From: Dipteris shenzhenensis
Lineage: Eukaryota
Assembly: GCA_047967505.1 (NCBI GenBank)
Contig: CM106538.1
Length of the DNA stretch: 64,000 nucleotides
Strand: one strand, 5' to 3'
Part shown: positions 52,668 to 64,000 of the stretch, piece after piece
Numbering within the stretch: the stretch's first letter is position 1
Layout of the letters: every line of letters starts with the position of its first letter
Position numbers and translations under genes: made by a program
The notes under the pieces: model-generated
The model's database searches: none
Told to the model about the DNA's origin: nothing
Seen by the model: the letters and a program-made list of their open reading frames with translations, nothing else

Positions 52668-53891
52668 TGTTGACCATATTCTTTCACAACCTCCTAACCA
52701 TTTGAGTCTTGTATCATCGAAAACATACTCCCTAAGCATATACCGCAAAATTTTAAAACCATACTTGTTGTAGGCCTTGTGGAGAATGGAGTAGAAGAGA
52801 CCTAAATGGGGATTAAGGAGGAGAGTTCCATGTGGCATAGGAGTTCTCCCACATATGATGGGTTGTAAAGAGGCCTTGGGGAAGTGGCCATACTCATATT
52901 TGAAAGGGATCTTTGATTGGGGAATATCTATAAAGAAAGTTCTTGGAGACAAATAAAACAATACTGAAGACTAATGATAGCTGAAGAAGAAATATATATC
53001 ACAAAAGGAACTCAATACAAGAGAAGATATGAGAGAGAAGCTTTGGAGGGAGCAAACATCAATCCTCCAGGGAAGGCAACTGTAGTGGACTTCTGCACTA
53101 GCTCCACAAGTTGGAACTGAACCAGATCTGAGACAGCAAACTGATGCAAGGGTTGCTGCAGATCTGGAATAAAAAGAACAGTATCTGGAGCAGAAGTTGG
53201 GGGCAGATCTGGAGCAGAAGTTGGGGACAGATCTGGAGCTGGAAGGAGGGACAGATCTGGAGCAAGAAGGAGGGACAGATCTGGTGCAGGAAGAAGGCAG
53301 ATCTGGAGCTGGAAGAGGAGGCAGAAGAGGAGGCAGCCAGGAGGCAGAAGAGAAGACAGAAGAGAAGGCAGAAGAGGAGGCAGCCAGGAGGCAGAAGAGG
53401 AGGCAGCAGCTCAGGGTGTACAGGGACCTCAGGAGCACAAGATGTGAAGGAGCACCTAGGCCCCCCCCTTTAAATAGGGAAGGGCCAGTCGGTCAACCAG
53501 CTGGTCGGCCAGCTGGTCGGCCCAGATCTGGCCAATCTGGCCAGTCTGGTCGGCCAGATTTTGACCGACCAGGTCAGTCTGGTCGGCCAGTTTTTGGTCG
53601 GCCAGAATGTGGCCAGTTGTGGCCTCCGATCCTAGGCTCTTCAGGAGCCTGTTTTTGACAGGGTTTTGGTTTTGATTTTTGTCCTGACGGAGATTCACCT
53701 GTGGCGTTTTTTTTTACCTGTAATTTATCAGACCTTTGCGCCAGTTTGGCCTTTGATTATCCTGTCCTCTAGAGTTGGAGATTGCCTGGCTTAACAATAT
53801 CATCTCCATTTTTTAGCCTTATCTCGTTGGTGTCTCTTTTATCAAGTAGAGTTCATGCTTTGTAGGTTGCTTTACCCTAGGGCCTATGACA
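52668..53891 (+). mobile_element. Probable long LTR containing several tandem-repeat blocks
   Basis: TGTTGA...TGACA candidate ends; 21-bp CAGATCTGG repeats (53155-53310), GAGGCAGAAGA repeats (53310-53410), TTTAAATAGG at 53468, GGTCGGCCAG repeats (53485-53615); PBS-like TTTGGCAATCTTGTTGGGG follows. No partner LTR found. Confidence 0.45.
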
Positions 53892-54826
53892 GTTTGGCAA
53901 TCTTGTTGGGGAGGGGTTGAGTTCTTACTCCCCCTCACCATTTCTCCTCATGCATCTCTATTCGTTTCCCCTCCACGGCGTGTTGGTTGACCTTATCCTC
54001 CTCTCCTTCTCCATGTGAACCTGCAATTCCCCCCTCTTTTTCGGCTCTCTTCTCCCCTCTGCTACATTCTCCTTCCTCTTTCTTGAATCCTAGAAATGGT
54101 GTCTAGCTTGGTTGGGGATGTTATAGATGGTGGGAAGGAGAAGTCCTTCTTGGTTTGGTTGATGTAGAGGGGCTGATAGGGCAGGAGCACTTCCCCCATC
54201 TGGTGGCAATGTCCTTGGAGTGGAGGGATGGCAGGGGCAGCCCCCTCTGTGTCGTGACTGTAGCAAGCATGTTCCTGCTGGAAGATCACATGAAGACTCG
54301 CCTTGGGAGTTGAGAGTTGTACGACATGCTGTTGCCTGCTATTGATGATACGCCATCACTCCTGAACTTGCACTTGGAGAATTCTGCCATCGCTTAGATC
54401 TGTGTGGTCATTTGGAGGAGGATATCCCATCGTTTTTTCTTGCACCTGGGATGAACATTGTTTAGCCGATCGATACCATTTGAACGTTGTTTCAAGGGGC
54501 CAGTTCATAGATAGTTGTGGTGCTTCAAAATAAACGTCGGTGGATTCAAGCGTGTTGCCTCTGGCGATGAGAAGAATATAGGTGATGATCTTGTGAACAC
54601 CCAAGCGTGCTGCCTCTGGCGATGAGAAGGAAATAGGCGATGATCTTGTAAACACCCGGGCGACAAAATTCAGATATCATGGCTACCCTATCATCTCCAG
54701 TTAGTCGTCTCCTCCAACGTTTCATTTCTGAGAAAATGTTGCTCTTGACAAGTTGACCCGTTCCTGAAGTACTCTCTACTTGCTTCGGCTTCTTATTTTC
54801 TGAAATTTCCCTTTCTCCTCTACAAA

Positions 54827-57800
54827 ATCGATAGTGAGGACAAATTTGATGCACTAGCTCCTCACTTTTTGGGGCTTTTTTCAATTTCATTCTCTTCTCG
54901 ACTAGTCTCGTCTACTACCCCCTGCTCTCTCTGCTACCCCCTCCGTATCCGTACCCCCTCGCTACTCCCTCTACTACCCCCTGCTCTCTCTCCCGCTACC
55001 CCCTGCTCTCTCTGCTACCCCCTCGCTACCCCCTCCACTACCCCCTCGCTACCCCTCTCTCTCCCCTGCTACGCCCCCACTACCCCTCCCCCTCCGCTAC
55101 CCCCCCCCGGGCCGGCTACCCCCTCTGCTACCCCCGCTACCCCCTCGTTACCCCTCGCTCAGCCCCCCCCCCCTTCTCGTTTTTTATTTATTTTTTAAAA
55201 AGGTCGGAGCTGCAAGCGGGGGTTCTCCAACAGCTCCGACCTGCTGCAATCCCTTGTTTGCCCGCTGCTGCCTCCCCCATAATGAAGGGAACATGGGGAT
55301 GAGGACAGGAGACTAGGCGGGAGACCCTTTGGTCCAAATTTGCATACGCGTGGAGATGGGGAAGGGGAATGGTGACAAGGTGAAAACACAAAAGCAACTC
55401 AATCTGGAGGACTTCAACAAACGCAGCAACCGGAGCGGTTTGACAGTAGACAACACTGCGGCCCAGAAGAAAGGGGCCCACCCAAAGCCCATGCCGCTCA
55501 CCACATCCTCGACCTCCATGGTTACCACCACTATTTCACCACCATCATCCGCCTTATCATCTATGCCACCTCTCTCCTCCCCCTCTCCTGCATCATCATC
55601 ACAGGTCTCCTCGCCAATAGCCTCACCATTGGCCCCACCGACCACGGCTCCACATTACTTTCCCCTCGTATCACCTCTACCTCTCAGTCAACCACCCTTC
55701 ATCACCTCATCTAGCCTCGCTACTCCTACATACCACTCCCCTGCCCAAATCATGCTGTCCCCACCCTCAATACAACCTCAACAGCCCACCTTCATTCCAA
55801 CCCCTCTCGAGATCCAATTCCCACCTGGACCAGGACATCTTAGGCCCCCACCAGATGCTTGGGACTCCCTATTGGCTGAGATACATAGCATCCGGGCCCG
55901 TCAGGCAGAGCTGACACATTACACCCAGGAGCAGGCCCAATACACCTAGGAGCAGGCCCGCATTATACACGAGCAGGGCACCCTTATCCAGGGACTCAGG
56001 CACGACATCACACAACTTCGAGAGGAGCTCGGGACCCTCAGAGCAGCGCTTGGAGAGACCCCAGTCATAGAGATGGAGGCACAGATAGCTACGATACAGC
56101 CGGCTATAGCAGAGACGACTAGATGGGTAGACGTGGCGAAACGGGAGCCCGCAAAGGCAACCGTTTCAGCCGCTATATAGGAGCAGCAGCAGAGGGCTTC
56201 GAAGCCCCTCAACATCCGGGTACGAGGGATCACGCGAGACAGCACCAACACCACTATGACGCCCATGGAGGAGGTGATCACCTTTGTGACCACTACCATG
56301 GGGGTCCTCGACCATGGCATAGAGGGAGCATGGCGTGTTGGGAGAGATCCCAACCGAGAGCAGCCCCTAGTCATTCGCTTCAGAGATTCACATGCTCGAC
56401 TAGCGCCACTCCGACACCGAGCCGCTCTACGAGAGCATCCCACCTTGTCCATGGACTTGACACCACTATAGATCGAGGAGCAACAAGTTCTTCTACAGCA
56501 GCGGGATGTTGCCCACAAGGAGGGGAAATGGGCCATGGTCCGAGATGGTAGGTTGTTGACCGGCACCCATCGGGCTCCCACCCGTATCCCCTAGAGGGAC
56601 AGGGCCTATGAGACTCAGCTTTCCGAGACCCTAGATTGCACCATTTGGAACTGTAATGGTACCTTATGGTCAGACCCAGGGAACTTCTCGGAGTCTTATA
56701 CAGGACGAGACATAGTCTTTTACACGGAGACACACTAGAGCCTAGAGCGTCCACTACCGATGGTCAGTGGCTACACATGGGAGTCAACCTTCAGGGACGA
56801 GACGAGGGATACAAGAGGAGTCGGAGGATCGGCGTGGTCGCAGTATTGTACAGGTCTTCCCTTGCTGGAGCCATCTCCATTGAGAGGAAAGATGCACACT
56901 CTCGATTCATGTGGATCTGGATCCGCACACACCCGTGACCTTTTCATAGCAATATGCTACTTCCCGCAAGGCACATCACACTTCGCCAAAGTGGCACGAG
57001 AGGAGCGTGAGACATCGCCATATCCACCCTTACATCAAGATATCCCAGACATTTCAGCCCGCGGGGAAGTTCTCCTTGTTGGGGACTTCAAATCAGGACG
57101 AGCATGCGTCACGCACCACTCCTGGACTTCCGAGACGACTCTATCATGCTACCAGACATGGACCTAGACAGAGCAGGTATGACCAGGATCTCATCGGACC
57201 GACACGGGCCTGTTACACCATATGGACACGCGCTCTTTGATCTGGGCAGGATGCATGATCTCATCATCTACAACGGGCTTGACCTATGGCCCTCCTCAAG
57301 TGGCTTTACTTGCTTCCCACACAGGGGGGACACTAGTGTAGTAGATTACATCACGGGATCCCCTACCTTCACTTCATGTATCACCAACTTCACCATAGCA
57401 CCACTCCCTCCACGAGCTGATCACACATACCTATTCTTCACTATCGCCACCCCATGCTTAGCCACACCACACACACCACATAGGAAGCACAACACCTACC
57501 ACAACATACACTTTGATCACAGCCTCTCACCGGCCTACTCTAGACACCTAAACAGACTCCTAACCTACATCGATCACATACCACTCATAGAGGACCGTGC
57601 TGCCTTGATTAGTCCACGAGGCTGTCCTCCAAATCCTTCCCCACACCACACGGTCCACTAGACCACCACCTCTTGGTTCTGTACCCTGCAACAATTGGTA
57701 CGATGCGGAGTGCAAGGCTTATCGCCGACAGCTCCGACTTGAAACCAAATGTCACCTCCCGAACACACCAGACACGGTACGTAAGTACCGACGTCTCGTA

Positions 57801-60492
57801 CGTTTGAAGAAGCAGGTATTTCTTCGTCGAAATGAGGAGGAGCTGCTACACATAGAGTCTGGCACACGTATGCACACCATCTTTATGATGTCCCACACCA
57901 GCCCACCACTCCAGATCTCATACACACACGTCGCCCCACCACTTGCACGTTGTTCACTAGAGGGGGAGTCAAGGACGCAACATTGAAACTGCACAATGGC
58001 CGAGCTAAGGATCACAATGGGCTATGCACTGAGTTTCTCGCATATGGGATCGACATGTTAGCCCCGATCCTAGCAAAGCTATTCAATGACGCTGTTCGCC
58101 TTAGCTTCCCCCGCACCTGGACACTGAACGCCATCACCCCCATCCACAAGGCAGGGGATCCCATGGACCCGAGTAACTACACGATTATTATGATTGGACA
58201 TGTGATGTCCAAGATCTATGCAGATGTATTGGATGTGTCGGTCAGCCTGTTCGCAGAGATGAGAGGGCTCAAAGCAGAGGGTCAGGCTGGTTTCAGGCGA
58301 GACCATGGGACTATGGATCACATACTCACACTCAGGAGTGTCATTGAGGAGGCCAGACCATGGAAGGAGAGGGTATATTGCTGCTTTGTGGATTTCCGCA
58401 AAGCCTTTGACACAATACCTCGAGCTCATCTCATCACACACCTACAGCCACTGGGATTTGATCAGGAGATCATCTGGGCAATCATGGCACTGTATGAGAG
58501 AGTCTCAAGCCGAGTTCGGACAGGCGCAGGTTGGACAAATGAGATCTTGAGTACCATAGGAGTCAAACAGGGTTGTCCCTTATCACCGACCCTGTTTGGC
58601 CTCTACATCGATGAGCTTGAGACTTTCATGGGGGCGTTCGGAGGGACCGGTTGCTCACTTGCCGGGATGATCATCAGGATTCTTCTTTATGCAAATGACA
58701 TGGCACTCTTGTCGTCCACACCCGAGGGGCTCCAACGACACCTGGATGCACTACCTGGATGCACTGTAGGCTTTTTGTTTATCCCATGATTTGGAGGTCA
58801 ACCTTGGCAAGACCAAGGTCATGATTTTTAACACCTCTCGAGCAAACATGCAACGGAAGCAGTTTACTTTTACTTTCGGTGGGTCACTAGTTGAGATCGT
58901 ATCCTCATACACTTACTTGGGGGTCATCTTCTCCGGCCCAATCTTCACGATGAGAACAGCGATGCAAGCCAAACTGAGCAGGGAATACGCCTCACTGGCT
59001 CAACTAGAGAGAAAATGCTTCCACTCCCACTTCCAGGACCCACGGACCAAGGCTCTTCTCTTCGACTCCTTGGTCCGACCAGCCGGTATGTATGGCAGCC
59101 CTTGTTGGGGGCATGACATGTCAGAGATAGTGTGGACACGGGTGGAGCGCCTGCAGATCCTCATGCTCTCATGGATGATCCAGGGGAAACCGTCTATACC
59201 ACATCACATCATTCAGGCCGAGTTTGGTGCTTCTCCACTCCAACTAGATGCAGCCTTTCACGCCATTATATATCTACACCGGGTTAGATCATATGGGGAC
59301 TGCACATCAGGGAGACAGAGGTTGCCATGATTGGCTCATGAGGTTGGCAGCAGAGGGATACGAGCAATGCTGGTATGCACGGACTCACAGATGGTTTGTG
59401 AGACTAGGGTTCCACATCGATAGGATACCTCCTTTTCAATATAGTTTAGATGCCCCTCCGGTACTCCCATCCACCATCCCGATTGGGCCACACACCAACC
59501 ATGTCATTCATGAGGATCTCCTGCAGCTACACACCTTTAGGACCTGGTTGGCGCCGAGGGAGCTTCCAATGAAGCTGAGTTTCTACAGAGATTACTGTCT
59601 CCGTATTTCGGAGGAGGGATTCATCACACCACCGAGGTACACTGAGCTTCATATGCCTCACTCACTATGGATCTCCATCGGACAGTTTCGGGTATCATCA
59701 CATCGCCTTCGCATAGAGAGCGGCAGAGCAGAGGGGATCCCTAGGGAGCATCGCTTATGCATATTGTACGACTGTCAGGAGGTCGAGTCGGAGGAGCATT
59801 TTATTTTCAGGTGCCCAGTATACTACGAGATCCGAGGTCGCTACCATTGCCTCTTCAGAGGCTCCTTTCCAGATTCCTTGCCTACCCAGATCAGAGATGC
59901 CTCGCGGCCTTCATTCACGAGGGGTCCGACACAAAGAGTACTTACTCAGGCGATGGGGCTTGGCCACATCATCAGACACCTCTCAGAGCAAGATCACAGA
60001 GTTCTTCCCATCGAGTGACATTGATCGTCTAGTCTCTAGCCACAAACGTGATAGAGACCCCGACCCGACGATCGCAGCACGACACACGAGACATCAAGGG
60101 GACACACAGATCACTCTGGGGGACCTCCCGTCATTGTTAGACCCGAGATACGTCCCATGGGAGTCACAATGGCTCTGGTCTTGGGTCGAGCCTCGTCCAG
60201 GAGACCGAGACGTATAGCACCCCTTGACGGCCACCAGCGTCCCATCACCGGCTATGCACCAGCTAGGGCGACATGACATACGGAGGATTCTGCTCTACTC
60301 CAATCCTTTTCTTTTCATTGTTACATCCAGATGTATTTGATTTGATTATGTATGATCAAACTTAGGATTCAACATGGGTTGTTTCAGTAGCTCCACTCTT
60401 ACTGTGATTTGTATCAGGTTTTCTTTTAGTCTCATAGACCCATTGGTCTTCCGAAGACTCTAATAAAATTTCTTTCTTTCTTTTCTTTCTTT
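54827..60492 (+). mobile_element. Near full-length, inactivated two-ORF non-LTR retrotransposon, RTE-X-like
   Basis: C-rich 5' UTR; ORF1 about 55329-56600 (Pro/Ser-rich, coiled coil, AWRVGR..PLVIRF); ORF2 endonuclease (DIVFYTETH, LLVGDF, VVDYI), RT (QAGFR, FVDFRKAFD, GVKQGCPLSP, LYAND), C-terminal SHRLRIESGR...ESEEHFIFRC; (TTTC)n tail; possible TSD CTCTACAAA (54818-54826, 60493-60501). Clade is an inference. Confidence 0.85.
54915..55175. repeat. CTACCCC-based low-complexity repeat in the LINE 5' UTR
   Basis: Many CTACCCC(C) units read directly. Confidence 0.85.
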
Positions 60493-60859
60493 CTCTACAA
60501 ACATAATCGAAGCATCCAGCCTATGAAAAATTGGGGCTTTTGTGAAATTAGTACACATTCTTCTCTGAATTGTACAATTGTTTGGGGATTTTGCTGCATA
60601 AAGCAAAATTCACCACATTTAAGGCCACTTACTCAACATTGGTAGCCACCAGCCTGACGTTTTGAGAGTCATGCTGTGATTGCCCTTGGTAGCTGCTCCC
60701 ATGGACGTCATCGACTTTATCTTTGCGGGCCATTCTCGTCATGCGCTACATCAACATACTTCATCGACACAGGGATGTGCACACTTATGCAGGCAGCTAC
60801 TCGGGGAACATCTCTCATCCCTAGGACTCTACTTTTTTAATTCCTTTATTTGCTCTGTG

Positions 60860-61585
60860 TGATTTGGGTTCTCTGCCCGGGTTGTCCCCCAAAATGAATG
60901 TAATGAGATGTTATTGAGTCATTGAGTCAATAAGGTTCTCATTCTTGGATTGTCCTCCTAAAATGATGTAATCTTTGCTATTTTTTCATGTCTAACTCCC
61001 TGTCATTCTGTTCTGGAGTCAGGAGGGGGATGTACTGTGGGAGCCATGTATTGGAATTGATGGGTCTTTTTATCAAGTCTAGCATATGAGTTGGATCCAG
61101 GATGTTGGTGCATGCATCCATGCTAAGACATGAGCCTCTGAGTTATGTTGGGACGTAAAGCCATAAGAGTACTCAGTCCGACCTCTGAACCATGCTCAAA
61201 CTTCAGCCTCTGAGTTAGCATGGGAGCCATGTCTAGTTAGACTCGGTCATTGTCATGTTCTATTCTTGGTTCCATTCCAGTAGTCTCTCACCTTTCCTTC
61301 ATGGGGGGGTGTTAGAACATGAAGTCAAGTGTGAGTGTGTCCTAGAGTCCTAGTGTCTCCTACAATTGTGTGGGTGTGAATGTGTCTAGTAGGTGAGCAA
61401 TTAGTGCCACCTCCTAGTGTTAGGAGTGTGAAGATAAAACTGCCCAGCCTATAAATGAGGCTCTTGTACTTGCTTATGAAAATCTCAATCTCAATCTTGT
61501 GCATTGTGCCTCATCCCATCTCCATCATGTGATTGCCTATCTCTCTCCATGTTCCTGGTTCCCTCATGTGTTCCTAATTCCTTCA
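60860..61585 (+). mobile_element. 3' end (3' UTR module, PPT, LTR) of a TR-GAG-family element
   Basis: 60860-61309 aligns by eye with 49110-49566; PPT ATGGGGGGG; LTR about 61310-61585 starting TGTTAGAACATGAAGTCAAG. Confidence 0.75.
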
Positions 61586-64000
61586 CATTCAGTATAATGA
61601 TGCGTTGGAGCTATGATGGAGATTCGTAGTTTGCTACAAGCTATGGTGGCACAGATGCAATATGTTGTTAGAGGCGGCTGTGAGCTTGAGAGTTTGTTGG
61701 CTAGTGATAGCATCGTGATGGGCTCTGAAGAAACTATGGTAATAAATGTGACGATAGGCTGTGAGCATCCAAGCGGGCAAGCTAGTGTATGCTGATGAAG
61801 AGTTGAAGAATGGAAACGTTGTTGGCTACAACGATGGCAAGCGTAGCTAGCTGCAAGAAGGCTTGGAGTATGGTGGGCTGAAAAGGTGTAGTATGAAGAT
61901 TGAAAGCACAATGACAGAAGCTTTGGCTTTTACGTTATGGATTGGTCACTGCCACAGACAAAAGCTTAATGTGCAATTTGTTAACAGTCTCGTCATTGGA
62001 TCTTTTGGAGACTAACCTCATAGGGAAGGAGTCGCTATTGATGGAGAGCTTACATAGGTGTGGCAACGTTTAGTTGGTGCACTCATCCGAGCCATCCCTC
62101 AGTGTCAATAGGAGTTTTGAGTGCCATCCCCTTCTTTGGCATCCAGAGGTCCGCGATTAGGAGGGATGTAAGCTGGGTTGCGCACACATCAATTGGGCAT
62201 GGTAAAACAAAGACCCGGCTAGATCCATTGGATCATGGAGTTGGCTTCCTTGGGGGCACAGGTGAGAGCCCTCGTGCACTTGAGATGGTCACGTGGGAGA
62301 TACGGAGCCTAGAGGGATGGGGGTTGCGCAAAGCCTCAAATCCCCAAGCTGGTATGAACAATCCTCTAGTATAGGGGTGCCTCAAAGGATCCTTTTCATG
62401 CATCAATCCCTCGACGCTTCCTGTTCCATGCACTATAGAGTGGGGCCAAGGGACTTACTTCAGCCAGAGGCAAAGGAAGACCCAAGGTTGGACAAGGCCA
62501 TGGATATGCTCGAGTGGCAGCGGATCGTGGACCATTGACCCAGTATCAGTTACCTTGGGGCAGGATTGCTAGCAGCTTTGGTTGTGGGAGAGGTACACTA
62601 GGACCAGGGTGGGTGTTTTAGTCTCGTAGAGTAGAACCACTCAAAGAGGATTATAGAGTAGGCCAACAACTATAGTTGGACACAAATGCCTAGACCCCTT
62701 TTAGAGAGCGGAATTGGGTTGAGCAGCAGGTGCCCCTAGGGGTCATAACCAGATTCTGGTCCCACCTATGGACTAGGCTCAGTCCATGGAAGATTATGTA
62801 TTTCTTCTAAATGGTGGGAAATGGGGGCTGCCCATTGGTCTGTGTATGGGCACTATCTTTGTGGACCTTTCCCGCAGCACATGGATCTGGCAAGGGGCCC
62901 TCCAGATTGTGTCTCTAACACATAGGATGGAGTGGGACTTACTTTCTTTGGGTCATGGCATCTTGGTTTGCAAAGAGAGGTCATGCCTATTCCAGATAGA
63001 TAGTTTCACCAGCCTATGAGATTGCTGGACTGAGGGTCATTCGGATCAAAGTATAGGAGTCGATTCCTCATCGCATCAACGGCCTGCACCCTCACCCAAG
63101 GATAGAGTTTGGGAGATGGTATCAAGCACCATTGCTTGGAACATCTGGGTTTCATTGTAGTTTGATGATGGGAGGCTAGTAGGTACGTCCAACAACCACC
63201 CTCGTTGCCATTTGGCAAGAAATCACTACACCATGTGGGAGCAAGGAACGATGGATGCTTGGACAACCCCACCCAAAGGCACTTGCACGTTTTTGCAAGG
63301 CTTGGCTTGCAATTTTATTCTCGTTGGCTGTATAGCCCCCCACTCTGGTCGTTGGTTCTTGTTTCTGATAGAAGCACATTGGACAACAACCAATAATTCC
63401 TTTTACATTCTTCCACAACCAGCACCACACGGACAGCTGATTTGTGTGGTTTGTTTTCTCTCAAGCATTAATAAAAGGTCCTTTTCTTGCAGTGGGACCC
63501 AGGGGAGTGGGATTGGATTGATGAGGGGCACCGAGAAGAGCTTTCCCTTCTTTCTCTATACAGTTAGAAATGCCCGGAGGTTTCAGTTCAGCAATAAAGG
63601 TTGGAGGCCCTCTAGAGCGTCACATTAGGATAGTTTTCAAATTTTCGCAGCTATGCGAAAAAACTTTTGGCATAGGCTTTGGAAATCCCTCGAGAATAGA
63701 AAGATCACTTGTTATGCTCAAGTCGAGGTAACATGACCTCGGAAGGGTCAGTCGACATTTTCCTTTAAAGGATCAATGTTTGTATTATAGTTGTTTGGAC
63801 TTCATGTAAATGATCAAAAAAGGAATAAAGGTCAAGGTCGACATGGCACTAGACTAGGTGGATCTAAGGCTAAGGGACCTAAATGCATGAAATGTGCCTA
63901 GGGGCAAATGTTTCAAAGATATCCCAAGAGAGGGGTAAATAATGCATTAAGGAAGGACCCTAAATTTAAGACATGTGGCATACTAGATCCATCTAGGGAG

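Noticed and set aside
53155-53615. CRISPR-like regularly spaced repeats
   Set aside because: Contiguous tandem units with no unique spacers, no cas genes, eukaryotic context.
52971-53698. Several 80-155 aa ORFs on both strands
   Set aside because: Explained by low-complexity repeats; no recognisable domain.
54915-55175. Interstitial telomeric repeat
   Set aside because: Units are irregular CTACCCC, not CCCTAAA, and lie in a LINE 5' UTR.
52548-64000. CRK exon 8 onward (degenerate EF-hand domain)
   Set aside because: No ALSK-type exon with splice sites found by eye; probably beyond the window, though a missed small exon is possible.
61590-64000. Short ORFs and degenerate TE-like sequence
   Set aside because: No diagnostic motif, termini or TSD that can be supported.

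Overview
Eukaryotic plant DNA from a large, transposon-rich genome; fern-like by inference only. One host gene is supported: a + strand CDPK-related protein kinase (CRK family). Seven exons with GT-AG boundaries and consistent phases (14277-14675, 39117-39247, 51011-51052, 51176-51284, 51662-51740, 52039-52335, 52441-52547) splice into 388 uninterrupted codons with all catalytic motifs. The C-terminal exons were not found and probably lie beyond the window. Introns 1 (24.4 kb), 2 (11.8 kb) and 7 (>11 kb) and the upstream 13 kb are layered, nested retroelements: four complete gag-only LTR elements (TR-GAG-like, 2.3-2.9 kb, tRNA-iMet PBS, 5-bp TSDs), a non-coding LTR element carrying a captured short-chain dehydrogenase fragment, Gypsy and Copia remnants, solo LTRs, L1-type LINE fragments, and at least six copies of an RTE-X-like LINE with pyrimidine-microsatellite tails. 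Best leads: a shared Gag C-terminal motif and downstream cis module in the gag-only elements, the captured SDR fragment, a conserved LINE 3' hairpin, and a CCACGTCA array. No CRISPR, rRNA or tRNA genes were seen. All alignments were done by eye, so novelty is unverified.
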